Assembly (NCBI GenBank): GCA_030726915.1 | Contig: JANRCR010000044.1 | Span: 354-64,353, forward strand | Length of the DNA: 64,000 bases | Origin: Candidatus Nanopelagicales bacterium | Lineage (GTDB): Bacteria; Actinomycetota; Actinomycetes; S36-B12 | Direction of reading: 5' to 3' | Shown here: in pieces, positions 46,212 to 55,606 of the stretch | Layout: each line of letters begins with the position of its first letter | Position numbering within the stretch: the stretch's first letter is position 1 | Notes under the pieces: generated by a model | The model's database searches: none | Told to the model about the DNA's origin: nothing | The model's input: only the letters and a program-made list of their open reading frames with translations | Made by a program: the position numbers and the translations under genes

Positions 46212-46706
46212 TCAGGGCAGCGGCCGACCCAGGATGCGGCGGAAGCCATCCCTCAGAGTCCACCCCTGTTTGAGGTGCTGGGCGGGTGGTCGCGGGCCGA
46301 TCGCCGAGAGGACGGCGTCGTACGTCGTGCGCGGTAGGACGGCGCCTTCGCGTCGAACGGCGCGAGGTGCCACGGCCAGCAGCCTGTCTCGGCGCAACCA
46401 ACTCGGCCGACCTTCGCGGTCCCAGGGCCCCGCTCCAATGGCCAACCAGGTGCGATCGTGTGCGTGGTCTTTGCTGGAGAGTTGCAGTCCAACGAGTCGG
46501 TGATCGTCGGCACGTCCGATGATGGCGACCGGGCGGTCCTTGCCGAGGTGGTCGTCCTCCTCGAAGGCGACCCAGGTCCACACGATTTCGCCCGGGTCGG
46601 GCTCGTCATCCAACTCGGGGGCGTACTCCCAGGTGACATCGCCCACGTAGGTGTGGGCGCCACCGCGCTCGGGGGCTGGCTCACCCTGAGTGAGGTCACG
46701 ACTCAT
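46212..46706 (-). CDS. PemK/MazF-fold-like protein (long actinobacterial form)
   Basis: 164 aa. PGEIVWTWVAFEEDDHLGKDRPVAIIGR resembles the first strands of PemK/MazF-like proteins. No conventional antitoxin gene is adjacent. Confidence 0.55.
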   Translation of the reverse strand: MSRDLTQGEPAPERGGAHTYVGDVTWEYAPELDDEPDPGEIVWTWVAFEEDDHLGKDRPVAIIGRADDHRLVGLQLSSKDHAHDRTWLAIGAGPWDREGRPSWLRRDRLLAVAPRAVRREGAVLPRTTYDAVLSAIGPRPPAQHLKQGWTLRDGFRRILGRPLP

Positions 46707-46875
46707 GAAACACCGATGGCCAACAGTGCCACGGGGTTAGGCAGACCGACATCATCAGCGGGTCGACGGATCCCGCACCGTGGGGTGACAAACGGAATGA
46801 AGATTCCCATCCGCGGAATCTAGCGTCGTCTCGTCACCATCCGCTTGGGACACGCGACCGTGCGGATCCTATGCA

Positions 46876-47721
46876 CTAGGGAAGCAGGCTGGCCGTGAGG
46901 GCGCGGTGCATGACGTCGGCATCAAGATCACGACCGGTCCAGAGGCGCGCATTGGTGAGTGCCTGATTAACGAGCATGCCCAGACCCTGCAGGGTTATCG
47001 CTCCCTGCGCCTGAGCCAATTGCAGGAAGGCTGTGTCGGGGGGATTGGCCACGACGTCGGCGACCACAAGGCCGGGTCGGATCGATGAGGGGGCCACGTC
47101 GGGGATGTCAACGCTGGGCTGGAAACCGATGGATGTCGCATTGACGAGGACTGCCGTGGATTCGGGTACGACGTACGCGCCATCCCAGGGGACATAGGAC
47201 GACTGAGCCGGAGTCCGATCTGCGACCAGGGCGGCGAGTTCCTCGCCCCGCTTCCGAGTGCGATTGACGATGGTGATCGATCGTGCTCCGGCAAGGGCTG
47301 ATTCGACGGCGATGGCTCGGGCGGCGCCACCCGCACCGAGCACCACCATGTCCACGCCGGTCGGATCAATGACGGTACGAAGTGACGCGACGAAGCCCTG
47401 CCCGTCGGTGTTTTCGCCCGTGAGGTGGCCGTCGCGGTTGATGACGCAATTGACCGCGCCGATGATGCCGGCCGAGGCAGCCATGGCGTCGAGATAGTCC
47501 AGGATCGCCACCTTGTGAGGAATGGAGCAGTTGAATCCCAGCCATCCCATGCCGACAGCTCCGCGGACGGCATCCCCGAGTCGCTCCGGGGGCACCTCGC
47601 AGTTGATGTAGCGAATGTCGAGTTCGGCGTGGGCGTAGGCCGCCTCCATCACGACAACCGTGGGATTTTGGGCTGCGGACGTGGCGAATGAGCCGGTGAG
47701 ATCGGCGAGGAATCCGGGCAT
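46876..47721 (-). CDS. shikimate/quinate 5-dehydrogenase family protein
   Basis: 281 aa with substrate motif FNCSIPHK, NTDGQGF and Rossmann VVLGAGGAARAIA. It is not in the usual aroE context, so it may be a paralogue. Confidence 0.85.
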   Translation of the reverse strand: MPGFLADLTGSFATSAAQNPTVVVMEAAYAHAELDIRYINCEVPPERLGDAVRGAVGMGWLGFNCSIPHKVAILDYLDAMAASAGIIGAVNCVINRDGHLTGENTDGQGFVASLRTVIDPTGVDMVVLGAGGAARAIAVESALAGARSITIVNRTRKRGEELAALVADRTPAQSSYVPWDGAYVVPESTAVLVNATSIGFQPSVDIPDVAPSSIRPGLVVADVVANPPDTAFLQLAQAQGAITLQGLGMLVNQALTNARLWTGRDLDADVMHRALTASLLP

Positions 47722-47772
47722 GGTGCCTCCTGGGTCGTGGCGGAGACCAGCCTAGTGGGACATGATGCGCGC

Positions 47773-48546
47773 ATGGCGAGCATTGGTTTTCTGGGAGTCG
47801 GCACGATTTCTGAGGCTGTTGTGCGCGCTATGTGCGCGCGCCCCGGCATGAGTGATGACATTGTGCTCTCTCCTCGCTCCGATGACCGATCCAGGCGCCT
47901 TGCATCAGACTTCGTGCAGTGCACGCGTCTCGACTCCAATCAGGAGGTGATCGATGCGAGTGAGATCGTCGTCCTGGCGATGCGCCCACAGCAGCTTGAT
48001 GAAGCGATCCGCGGTCTGAACTTCCGTCGGGGTCAGATCGTGGCGAGTTTCATTGCGGGCACCCCGCCGAGCGACATCGGTCCGCTGGTGGCGCCCGCGG
48101 GTCCGGTGAGCCAAATCATCCCGCTGCCCGCCATCACTTTGCATCGTGGCCCGCTGGTGATCAGTCCCGCGGTGCCGCAGGTCGTGGAGGCCTTTGCCGG
48201 ACTGGGTGATGTCGTGACGCTCGAGGATGAGGCAACGGTCCGGACCCTGAGCTGTGCCTCCGCCATCATGTCGACCTACTACGAGATGCAAAATGCGCTG
48301 ATCCAATGGATCACAGCGCAGGGTATTGACGAGGAGACGGCATCGCTCTACGTGCGGTCAGAACTCGAGGGCCTAGCCGCGGTCGGCAAGGTGACACCCG
48401 AGGAGCAGCGGCGAGGCCTGCCGGGTGAGCATCAAACCAGGGGCGGACTCAATGAGCGCGTACGAGAGCGATTGCTGCGCGAGGGGTGGTTTGACACGCT
48501 CGTGGAGACCATGGACCAGGTGCATCGCACGGCGACGCTGCGCTAG
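47773..48546 (+). CDS. NADP oxidoreductase, pyrroline-5-carboxylate-reductase-like family
   Basis: ATG 47773 (MASIGFLGVGTISEAVV...) gives a Rossmann N-terminus. The C-terminal half is a ProC-type dimerisation-like region. Confidence 0.6.
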   Translation: MASIGFLGVGTISEAVVRAMCARPGMSDDIVLSPRSDDRSRRLASDFVQCTRLDSNQEVIDASEIVVLAMRPQQLDEAIRGLNFRRGQIVASFIAGTPPSDIGPLVAPAGPVSQIIPLPAITLHRGPLVISPAVPQVVEAFAGLGDVVTLEDEATVRTLSCASAIMSTYYEMQNALIQWITAQGIDEETASLYVRSELEGLAAVGKVTPEEQRRGLPGEHQTRGGLNERVRERLLREGWFDTLVETMDQVHRTATLR

Positions 48547-48583
48547 GTATGCCCGAGATGGGGCGTCCACCTATAGTCATGAG

Positions 48584-51076
48584 GTGCGATCACGGGTTCG
48601 AGCTGGCTGTGCCGCGGGTGTTGTCGCACTCCACGCACTCCTCCTGCCCCTGGCTCTCCCGCCTGCTGCCCTGGCTGCCGAGCCCGCCCTCCCCCTGATG
48701 TTGCCGGGGGCACCGACGTCAATGGACGATCCCACCCCGGTGCAACTCGACGTCGACGTCTATGTGCCGGAGGTGACCCCGGCTCCAGCGGTGCTGCTCG
48801 CCCATGGTTTCGGGGGCAGCAAGGAGGGTGTCGCAGAGGAGGCTCAACTGCTGGTCGAGGCGGGCTTTGTCGTGCTTGCCTACACCGCACGTGGCTTCGG
48901 GGAGTCGACGGGCCAAATATCGATGAACGCCCCGGACTTCGAGGTCGCTGATGCATCAGCCCTCATCGACTATCTTGCGAGCCTTGCCAGTGTGACAAGC
49001 GACAGCGCGGGTGACCCCGTCGTGGGTGTCGCCGGTGGGTCCTACGGCGGTGCGCTCGCCCTGATGCTCGCGGGCTATGACGATCGTGTGGACGCCGTCG
49101 CGTCGGACATCACGTGGAACGATCTCGAGACGTCGCTTTTTGCCCAAAGTGCAGCAGCCGGTGTGCAGCCCGGTGTCCTGAAGAGTCTGTGGACATCGCT
49201 GTTCTTCTCCTCCGGTCTGGGGCTCCGCCCCGGCGGACCGGTCACGGAGTGCGGACGTTTCACCCCCGCCTGGTGTGCGGCGTACGTCGAGGCCGTCACC
49301 ACAGGAGTCGTCTCCGCGGATTCTTCCGCGCTCATGGCGGCTTCCTCGCCTCGCAGCGTGACGGATCAGATCACGGCGCCGGTGCTCCTGGGTGGTGGAC
49401 AATCAGACTCGCTTTTTCCATTGAGCCAGACAAATGCCAACGCTGAGCAGATCGTCAACGCTCCGGTCAAGGTCGTCTGGCATGCGGGTGGTCACGACGG
49501 CGGGATCGCCGAGACCGATCGCCTTCGTGAGTTGAACATTGCCTGGTTTGATGCGCATCTGCGTGGCGGTCCGCCGGTGGCGGATGATTTCACCGTGTCG
49601 ATCCGTGAAGCTTCAGCGCTCAGCGATCGGGACCCCGGCACGATCGAGATTTTGACCTCCGCCACCTATCCCGGTCCCTACGGCGATTCTGTCGCTGAGG
49701 TGACCGTGGCCGGCCCACCCCAGCAGGTGCTCGCCCCCGCGGGTGGTGCACCCGCGGCCATCACCTCGCTTCCAGGAGCAGGCGGGCTCGCGAGTCTCGC
49801 GGGTGATCTCCTCGCTGTCCCCCTGCCGGGTCAGACAGCGGCCTTCGCATCCGAGCCCCTCCCCGAGGGCACGCGCATCGTGGGTGCCTCTCGGATCCGG
49901 ATCGCCATCTCCAGCGATCGCCCCGTCGACGAGGCCGTCTTCTTCGCGTCCCTGCGCATTGTCAGCGCAGGGGGTCGCCAGTCGCTCCCGCAGGGGCTCG
50001 TCTCACCGGTCCTTATCCGTGATCTGGGTCCGGCCCCGGTCACCGTGGAGGTGACGCTCCCGACCATCGTCACCGATGTCGCCCCGGGCGACCGACTCGC
50101 GGTGGTCATTGCCACGACAGACCAGGGCTATCGCATGCCGCCGGGGCCGGCGGTCTACAGCGTCACGGCCGCGGGCAGTCTCCTGGTGCCCTCCCTGGCA
50201 GGGACGACATCCAGTGCGGGATTGCCCGTGTGGGTCTGGCCCGCCGGTGCCGCCGCCATCACGGTGCTCATCTGGGTGGTCGTGGCTCTGCTGCGTCCCA
50301 GGGGCAGGTCCGCGTCCCAGGCGGCGCGACCTGATCAGGCGGATATCCCCTTGGCGATTGAAGATCTCGCCAAGGAGTTCCGCGGTGGCATACGAGCGGT
50401 CGATGGTGTGTCCTTCAATGTCCCCCCCGGTGTTGTCCTGGGCCTACTCGGACCCAACGGCGCTGGCAAGACGACCACGATGCGCATGGCCATGGGGCTC
50501 ATTCGTCCGACGTCGGGTGGCGTATGGATCTTTGGCGAGCACATCCAACCCGGGGCCCCGGTCCTGTCGAGGGTGGGCAGCTTCATCGAGGGTCCGGGAT
50601 TCCTCCCGCATCTAACCGGCCGCCAAAACCTGAATCTCTTTTGGCGTGCGAGTGGACGGGAGGGTGGCGATCCCCAGTTGGAGACCGTCTTGGACATCGC
50701 CGGCCTGGGCAGCGCCATCGACCGCAAGGTTCGCACCTACAGCCAGGGCATGCGCCAGCGTCTCGGCATCGCCCAGGCAATGCTCGGCATGCCGGATCTC
50801 CTCGTTCTTGACGAGCCCACCAACGGCCTTGACCCACCCCAGATTCGCGAAATGCGCAAGGTCATGCACGACTACGCCGCGTCGGGCAGGACGGTGATCG
50901 TGTCCTCCCATCTGCTCAGTGAGGTTGAGCAGACGTGCTCGCACGCTGTCGTGATGAATCACGGGTTGCTTCTCTACTCGGGCACGGTCGCCGAACTCCT
51001 CGTGGGTCGTAGCGGTCTGCGGCTCGAGGACGTCTTCCTCGAACTCGTGGGAGAAGGGCATCGGGTGGATCAGTGA
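48584..51076 (+). CDS. fusion protein: signal peptide + CocE/NonD (S15-like) alpha/beta hydrolase + TM helix + ABC transporter ATP-binding domain
   Basis: A single frame with candidate start GTG 48584. It has a signal-like N-terminus, the hydrolase elbow GGSYGG, TM helix LPVWVWPAGAAAITVLIWVVVALL and an NBD. NBD motifs are GPNGAGKTT, YSQGMRQRL, LLVLDEPTNGLD and SSH. Confidence 0.8.
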   Translation: MRSRVRAGCAAGVVALHALLLPLALPPAALAAEPALPLMLPGAPTSMDDPTPVQLDVDVYVPEVTPAPAVLLAHGFGGSKEGVAEEAQLLVEAGFVVLAYTARGFGESTGQISMNAPDFEVADASALIDYLASLASVTSDSAGDPVVGVAGGSYGGALALMLAGYDDRVDAVASDITWNDLETSLFAQSAAAGVQPGVLKSLWTSLFFSSGLGLRPGGPVTECGRFTPAWCAAYVEAVTTGVVSADSSALMAASSPRSVTDQITAPVLLGGGQSDSLFPLSQTNANAEQIVNAPVKVVWHAGGHDGGIAETDRLRELNIAWFDAHLRGGPPVADDFTVSIREASALSDRDPGTIEILTSATYPGPYGDSVAEVTVAGPPQQVLAPAGGAPAAITSLPGAGGLASLAGDLLAVPLPGQTAAFASEPLPEGTRIVGASRIRIAISSDRPVDEAVFFASLRIVSAGGRQSLPQGLVSPVLIRDLGPAPVTVEVTLPTIVTDVAPGDRLAVVIATTDQGYRMPPGPAVYSVTAAGSLLVPSLAGTTSSAGLPVWVWPAGAAAITVLIWVVVALLRPRGRSASQAARPDQADIPLAIEDLAKEFRGGIRAVDGVSFNVPPGVVLGLLGPNGAGKTTTMRMAMGLIRPTSGGVWIFGEHIQPGAPVLSRVGSFIEGPGFLPHLTGRQNLNLFWRASGREGGDPQLETVLDIAGLGSAIDRKVRTYSQGMRQRLGIAQAMLGMPDLLVLDEPTNGLDPPQIREMRKVMHDYAASGRTVIVSSHLLSEVEQTCSHAVVMNHGLLLYSGTVAELLVGRSGLRLEDVFLELVGEGHRVDQ

Positions 51077-51924
51077 TGACCGCGACAGACGTCTCGTACA
51101 ACGCCCGGGCGACCCTGACCGTCCGGGTCGAGCTCATTCGTCAATTGAGGCGCCGCCGGACCCTGGTGGCTTTTGTTCTTGCTGTTGCACTCCCGCTCAT
51201 CGTGGTGGCGGCGGTCAAGTTGGGGCCCGATGCCCGCGCCTTCGGGGACGGCGACCTTGATCTGGTCGGCCTGGCCACCGCCGGCCCTTGGAATTTCACC
51301 CTGACGATGCTGCTTTTTGCCTCGGGCTTCCTGCTCACCATCATTGCGGCGATGTTCCTCGGGGATACGGTCGCCAGCGAAGCCTCGTGGTCCACCATGC
51401 GCTACCTCCTCGCGGCGCCTGTGCCGCGACGGCGATTCCTGCGGTCCAAGGTCATCGTGGGACTCATTCTCACCGCTGTCACGCTGCTCATCCTGGTGGC
51501 GACGGCATTCGTCGTCGCCCTGTTTGTCTTCGGCAGCGCCCCTCTGACGAGTCCCCTGGGTGGCTCCTTCGACGTAGCGACCTCGTGGCAGCGTCTCGGC
51601 ATTGTCACGGCGTACATCGGAATCCAGTTGCTCATCCCCGCCGGTATCGCCTTCCTGATGAGTGTTCTCACCGATGTCCCGCTGGGTGCGGTGGGTGCCG
51701 CGGTGCTGATCGTGATCATCCTCAACATCATCGATGCCATTGATGCTCTCGGAGACCTGCGACGGCTCCTTCCGACGGACTACGGCGCTGCCTGGGTGGA
51801 TGCGCTGGGGCAGCAGGTCGTCTGGAACGACATGGCCATTGGTGTGTCGTACGCGGTCGTGACTTTCGCTGTCCTCGTCGGGATTGCCGTGCTGCGCTTT
51901 GACCGTAAGGACGTCCTCTCCTAG
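51073..51924 (+). CDS. ABC-2 type transporter permease
   Basis: 283 aa with about 6 TM helices and a large first extracytoplasmic loop. The start GTG 51073/ATG 51076 overlaps the stop of the fusion ATPase. Confidence 0.8.
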   Translation: MMTATDVSYNARATLTVRVELIRQLRRRRTLVAFVLAVALPLIVVAAVKLGPDARAFGDGDLDLVGLATAGPWNFTLTMLLFASGFLLTIIAAMFLGDTVASEASWSTMRYLLAAPVPRRRFLRSKVIVGLILTAVTLLILVATAFVVALFVFGSAPLTSPLGGSFDVATSWQRLGIVTAYIGIQLLIPAGIAFLMSVLTDVPLGAVGAAVLIVIILNIIDAIDALGDLRRLLPTDYGAAWVDALGQQVVWNDMAIGVSYAVVTFAVLVGIAVLRFDRKDVLS

Positions 51925-51974
51925 GTTGACCCCACGGCTCCATGTGGGCAAGCAACCGAGGGGGCTGACAGGTC

Positions 51975-53576
51975 ATGACGCGGGTGGCATCGGAGACATC
52001 CATCACTCCGAAGCGTGCGGGCCTTGTCCTCACCGCTTTGATCCTGGCCGCGATTGTGGCCAATCTGAATCTCAGTGTGGCGAATGTGGCCCTGCCCGAT
52101 ATCGGCAAGGCGTTCGCCACGGGGCAGACACAACTCAACCTGGTGGCGATCGGATGCACCCTCGGCCTGGCGATGTCGGTGCTCTATCTCGGGGCGCTCG
52201 GTGATCGCTACGGGCGTAAGCGCATGCTCCTGCTCGGCATGTTCCTGACGCTGCCGGCCAGTGCGATCTCCGCGTGGGCGCCGACGGCGGAAGTCCTCAT
52301 CGGCGGGCGGATCTTCACGGGCATTGCCGCGGGACTTGCCTATCCCACGACGCTGGCCCTCATCACGGCACTGTGGGGACCAGGTCGCGCGCGCGTGCGA
52401 GCGATTGCCCTGTGGTCTGGGCTGAGTGGCGGTGGAGCGATCATCGGCCCCGTGATCGCCGGAGCGCTCCTGGAATCCTTCTGGTGGGGCGGCGTATTCC
52501 TCATCGCTGTGCCCCCGGCCATCGTTGCCTTCATCCTCGTGTTGGCCGTCGTCCCGGGGCACGTCAATGAGTCCACCAAGCCCGTGGACAACCTGAGCGG
52601 GGTCATGTCGGTCGTGATGATCGGCACCCTCGTCCTGGGGATCAGCACCATCGCGGCACCGGGGGCCGCCGGGATCGCCCTCGGCCTGATCGGTGTGGCG
52701 ATCGTTGTCGGTGCTCTCTTCATCGTGCGTCAGGGCCGTGTCGCCAACCCCCTCTACGACCTGGTCTACGCCCGCCGAACAATCTTTTGGGTCGCAGCCG
52801 TCAGTGGGATGATCATCTTCGGGTCGATGATGGGTTCTCTCTTCATCGGTCAGCAATTCATGCAAAACGTGCTCGACTATTCAACGTTCGAGGCCGGTAT
52901 CGCCGTGATCCCCATGGCCGTGTTCATGATCGTCTTCTCGCCGATCTCCGGACGGTTGATCCTCAGTATCGGCTCACGCAGCACCCTCCTCCTCGGCTTC
53001 GCCAGTGTGATTCCGGGATTCATCGTCATGCTGGTGGCCTGGCGGGAGGGGACCGCCTACTGGGTGGTGGGGCTCGCCTACGCCCTGGTGGGGATCGGGG
53101 CTGGCCTAGCCCTGACACCGGCATCGCGGGCGCTCACGAGTTCGGTCCCGGTGAAGCGTGTCGGGATGGCTTCGGCCACCACGGATCTGCAGCGCGACCT
53201 CGGGGGCGCGGTCATGCAGGCGTTCCTGGGGTCACTGCTCACGGCGGGGTATGCCGCGTCGCTGATCAGGAGTATTGGAGCGAGCAGCGAGGCACAGTCG
53301 ATCTCCCAGCAGACCGAGGCTGCCCTGTCACTGTCCTACAGCAGCGCGGTAGCGCAGGCCACCCAGTATCCCCAGTACAGCAGCGAGATCATTGAGGCAG
53401 CCCGGCAGGCATTTTTGAGCGGGGCCAACTGGGCTTATCTCGCCGCAATCGTGGTGAGTTTGGTCGGAGCGCTGCTGGTGTGGAAGTTCTACCCGGGCAA
53501 ACAGGATGAGATCAACCTGCTGGGTCAGTACGCCGAGGCAGATGCGAAGGTCAGTGATGAGAGCGCTAATAACTAA
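51975..53576 (+). CDS. MFS transporter, DHA2 (14-TM drug:H+ antiporter) family
   Basis: 533 aa with about 14 TM helices and motifs LGDRYGRKRMLLLG and LNLSVANVALPDIGKAF typical of EmrB/QacA-type MFS. Confidence 0.88.
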   Translation: MTRVASETSITPKRAGLVLTALILAAIVANLNLSVANVALPDIGKAFATGQTQLNLVAIGCTLGLAMSVLYLGALGDRYGRKRMLLLGMFLTLPASAISAWAPTAEVLIGGRIFTGIAAGLAYPTTLALITALWGPGRARVRAIALWSGLSGGGAIIGPVIAGALLESFWWGGVFLIAVPPAIVAFILVLAVVPGHVNESTKPVDNLSGVMSVVMIGTLVLGISTIAAPGAAGIALGLIGVAIVVGALFIVRQGRVANPLYDLVYARRTIFWVAAVSGMIIFGSMMGSLFIGQQFMQNVLDYSTFEAGIAVIPMAVFMIVFSPISGRLILSIGSRSTLLLGFASVIPGFIVMLVAWREGTAYWVVGLAYALVGIGAGLALTPASRALTSSVPVKRVGMASATTDLQRDLGGAVMQAFLGSLLTAGYAASLIRSIGASSEAQSISQQTEAALSLSYSSAVAQATQYPQYSSEIIEAARQAFLSGANWAYLAAIVVSLVGALLVWKFYPGKQDEINLLGQYAEADAKVSDESANN

Positions 53577-54711
53577 ATGGCCAGGCCTTGAAGTAGTTGC
53601 GCAATCGAAGCCACAGGCCGTAGAGCCCTCGAGGCTCGAGTATGAGGAACAGGATGATGAGCAGGCCGAAGATGATCGACTGAAGTTCGAAGACGTTCAA
53701 CAGGCTGCCGTCGCCCACACCTCCCGCGCCGGGGATAAACACCGTCAGGGTGTTGACGAGTTTGGGCAGCATGACGACGAAGATCGCACCCATGATGGAG
53801 CCGGTAATCGTGGCGAGTCCACCGATGAAGACCACCGCCAGGAAGTCGATGGACAGGAAGATATTCCACGTCTCGGGTGAGATGCGCCCGATGACGATGG
53901 ATAGCAGCGCTCCCGAGATCCCCGCGTAAAACGATGAGATCGTGAAGGCGAGTGTCTTGGTCTTCAGAAGCGAGACACCCATGACTTCGGCAGCCACATC
54001 GCGGTCTCGGACGGCAGAAAAACTCCGCACGAAGCGAGAGCGCACCAGGTTGCGCGCAGCGAATGCGAGCAAGAGGAAGATCACCAGGCAAGCAATGTAG
54101 AAGATCGTGAATCGATCGATGCGGTAGCCGAGGATTGTCTGGTTGGAAAAGAGATCGAAGCCGAGGAAGACCGGCTCTGCGGGCGCGCGGCCCACGCCAG
54201 CACCCCCGGTGATGGGCTTCGCCTCCTTGAAGATGTGTTCGCCGATGAAGACCAGGCCGAGGGTCAGGATCGCGAGATAGAGCCCACGCACCCGCGCCGC
54301 CAGAGGAGCCAGGACGAGGGCAACGAGTGCCGGCACGAGACCCGCAAGGGGAAGCCAGATGACCATGTCAAGGCCGAGGCCAATGACATCCCCCTTGGCC
54401 TCTCCCCCCAGGGTTGCCGCCGTATAGGCACCCACCCCCATGAAGAATGCCTGTCCGAGGGAGATTTGGCCGGCGTAGCCCGTGAGCAGGTTGAGGCCGA
54501 TGCCGCCGATGGCGAAGATCAGCACCGTGGTGATGAGAGCCACCATGTCTCGCTGGAGGAAGAAGGGCAGCACCACGAGCGCGAGGATCCCGACAATGGC
54601 CCAGTTGCGCTTGACCTTCGTATTGAAGATCGCCATTTCCCGCGAGTAGCTCGTGAAGAGTTGTGGACGTCCGCGAGTCGTGTGCAAGGACTCCTTGGTT
54701 GCATTCGTCAT
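53566..54711 (-). CDS. branched-chain-amino-acid-type ABC transporter permease (LivM-like)
   Basis: 381 aa, polytopic, with LivM-like GYAGQISLGQAFFMGVGAY. Confidence 0.88.
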   Translation of the reverse strand: MTNATKESLHTTRGRPQLFTSYSREMAIFNTKVKRNWAIVGILALVVLPFFLQRDMVALITTVLIFAIGGIGLNLLTGYAGQISLGQAFFMGVGAYTAATLGGEAKGDVIGLGLDMVIWLPLAGLVPALVALVLAPLAARVRGLYLAILTLGLVFIGEHIFKEAKPITGGAGVGRAPAEPVFLGFDLFSNQTILGYRIDRFTIFYIACLVIFLLLAFAARNLVRSRFVRSFSAVRDRDVAAEVMGVSLLKTKTLAFTISSFYAGISGALLSIVIGRISPETWNIFLSIDFLAVVFIGGLATITGSIMGAIFVVMLPKLVNTLTVFIPGAGGVGDGSLLNVFELQSIIFGLLIILFLILEPRGLYGLWLRLRNYFKAWPFSY

Positions 54712-55604
54712 ACCCGCACCACCTCCTTGGTGCCGAAGAGTCCATAGGGACGGACCATCAAAACGATGATCATGATGAGGTAGGGGACGATGACGTCAAA
54801 GTTGGCACCGAGCCAGGGAGCGTAGAGCGGTTGGTAGGTGCGGGTTAACGACTCGGCGATTCCGATGATCATGCCAGCGATGACCGAACCCTTGATGGAG
54901 TCCAGACCCCCGAGGATGATCACGGGGAGTGCCTTGAGGGCCACCAGGGCGATGGTTGTTTCGACGCCGGAGCTGCCTGCCGTCAGCAAAGCACCCGCCA
55001 GCGCCGCCATCGCCGCGGCAATGGCCCATGACAGTCCAAACATGCGCCCGACATTGATGCCCTGGGCGAGGCTGACCTCCTGATCAAGGGCGGTTGCTCG
55101 CATGGCAAGACCCGTGCGAGAGCGAGCCAGGAAGAGCCCGACGATGCCGATGGCCACCAGGGCGATAATGAGGCGGGCAATGTCGATCGTGAAGAGTCGG
55201 GCTCCGAAAACGTCAATGGTGTTGAGCCCGAAGGGATCATTCACCGTCAGCAATTCAGAGCCGATCAGACGCCCCGCGACGATGAGCAGGACGATAAAGA
55301 TTCCCACGGTGACGGTGGACGCGGAGAATGCGGGTCTACCGACCATGGGTCTGAGGGCAACGCGCTCAATGAACAATCCCATGACGGCCATGACAACCAT
55401 GCCGAGCACGACGGCAAGCCAGAAGGGCAGGCCCATGGCATTGCCGAATGCACCCGTGAAGAAGGCTCCCAGAACCATGAGCGCCGGGGTAGCGAAGTTG
55501 ATCACCCCTGTCGCCCTGTAGACGATCACGAATGACACTCCGAGGAGCGCGTAGAGACCGCCCAGCCCCAGGCCACGCACAATGGATGCGAATAGGTCTT
55601 CCAT
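54708..55604 (-). CDS. branched-chain-amino-acid-type ABC transporter permease (LivH-like)
   Basis: 298 aa. LivH-like N-terminus ...GLGGLYALLGVSFVIVYRATGVINFA. 4-nt overlap with livM-like. Confidence 0.88.
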   Translation of the reverse strand: MEDLFASIVRGLGLGGLYALLGVSFVIVYRATGVINFATPALMVLGAFFTGAFGNAMGLPFWLAVVLGMVVMAVMGLFIERVALRPMVGRPAFSASTVTVGIFIVLLIVAGRLIGSELLTVNDPFGLNTIDVFGARLFTIDIARLIIALVAIGIVGLFLARSRTGLAMRATALDQEVSLAQGINVGRMFGLSWAIAAAMAALAGALLTAGSSGVETTIALVALKALPVIILGGLDSIKGSVIAGMIIGIAESLTRTYQPLYAPWLGANFDVIVPYLIMIIVLMVRPYGLFGTKEVVRV

Positions 55605-55606
55605 GA

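Noticed and set aside
46703-46810. The 35-codon ORF upstream of the PemK-like gene, considered for annotation as an antitoxin CDS.
   Set aside because: The ATGA coupling is suggestive. Against it, hand-counted GC3 is only about 57 percent, there is no recognisable DNA-binding motif, and it is very short. It is kept as a hypothesis in the findings and not as a feature.
48425-48583. The 5' extension of the hydrolase-ABC fusion ORF back to 48425, and the idea that the fusion is simply two genes misjoined.
   Set aside because: The extension overlaps the preceding ProC-like gene (stop 48546) and encodes Cys/Arg-rich junk. GTG 48584 gives a proper signal peptide. The junction region (about 50200-50350) is a coherent TM helix plus positive-inside linker in the same frame, so a natural fusion is more likely than an artefact. 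Read-level verification is still recommended.
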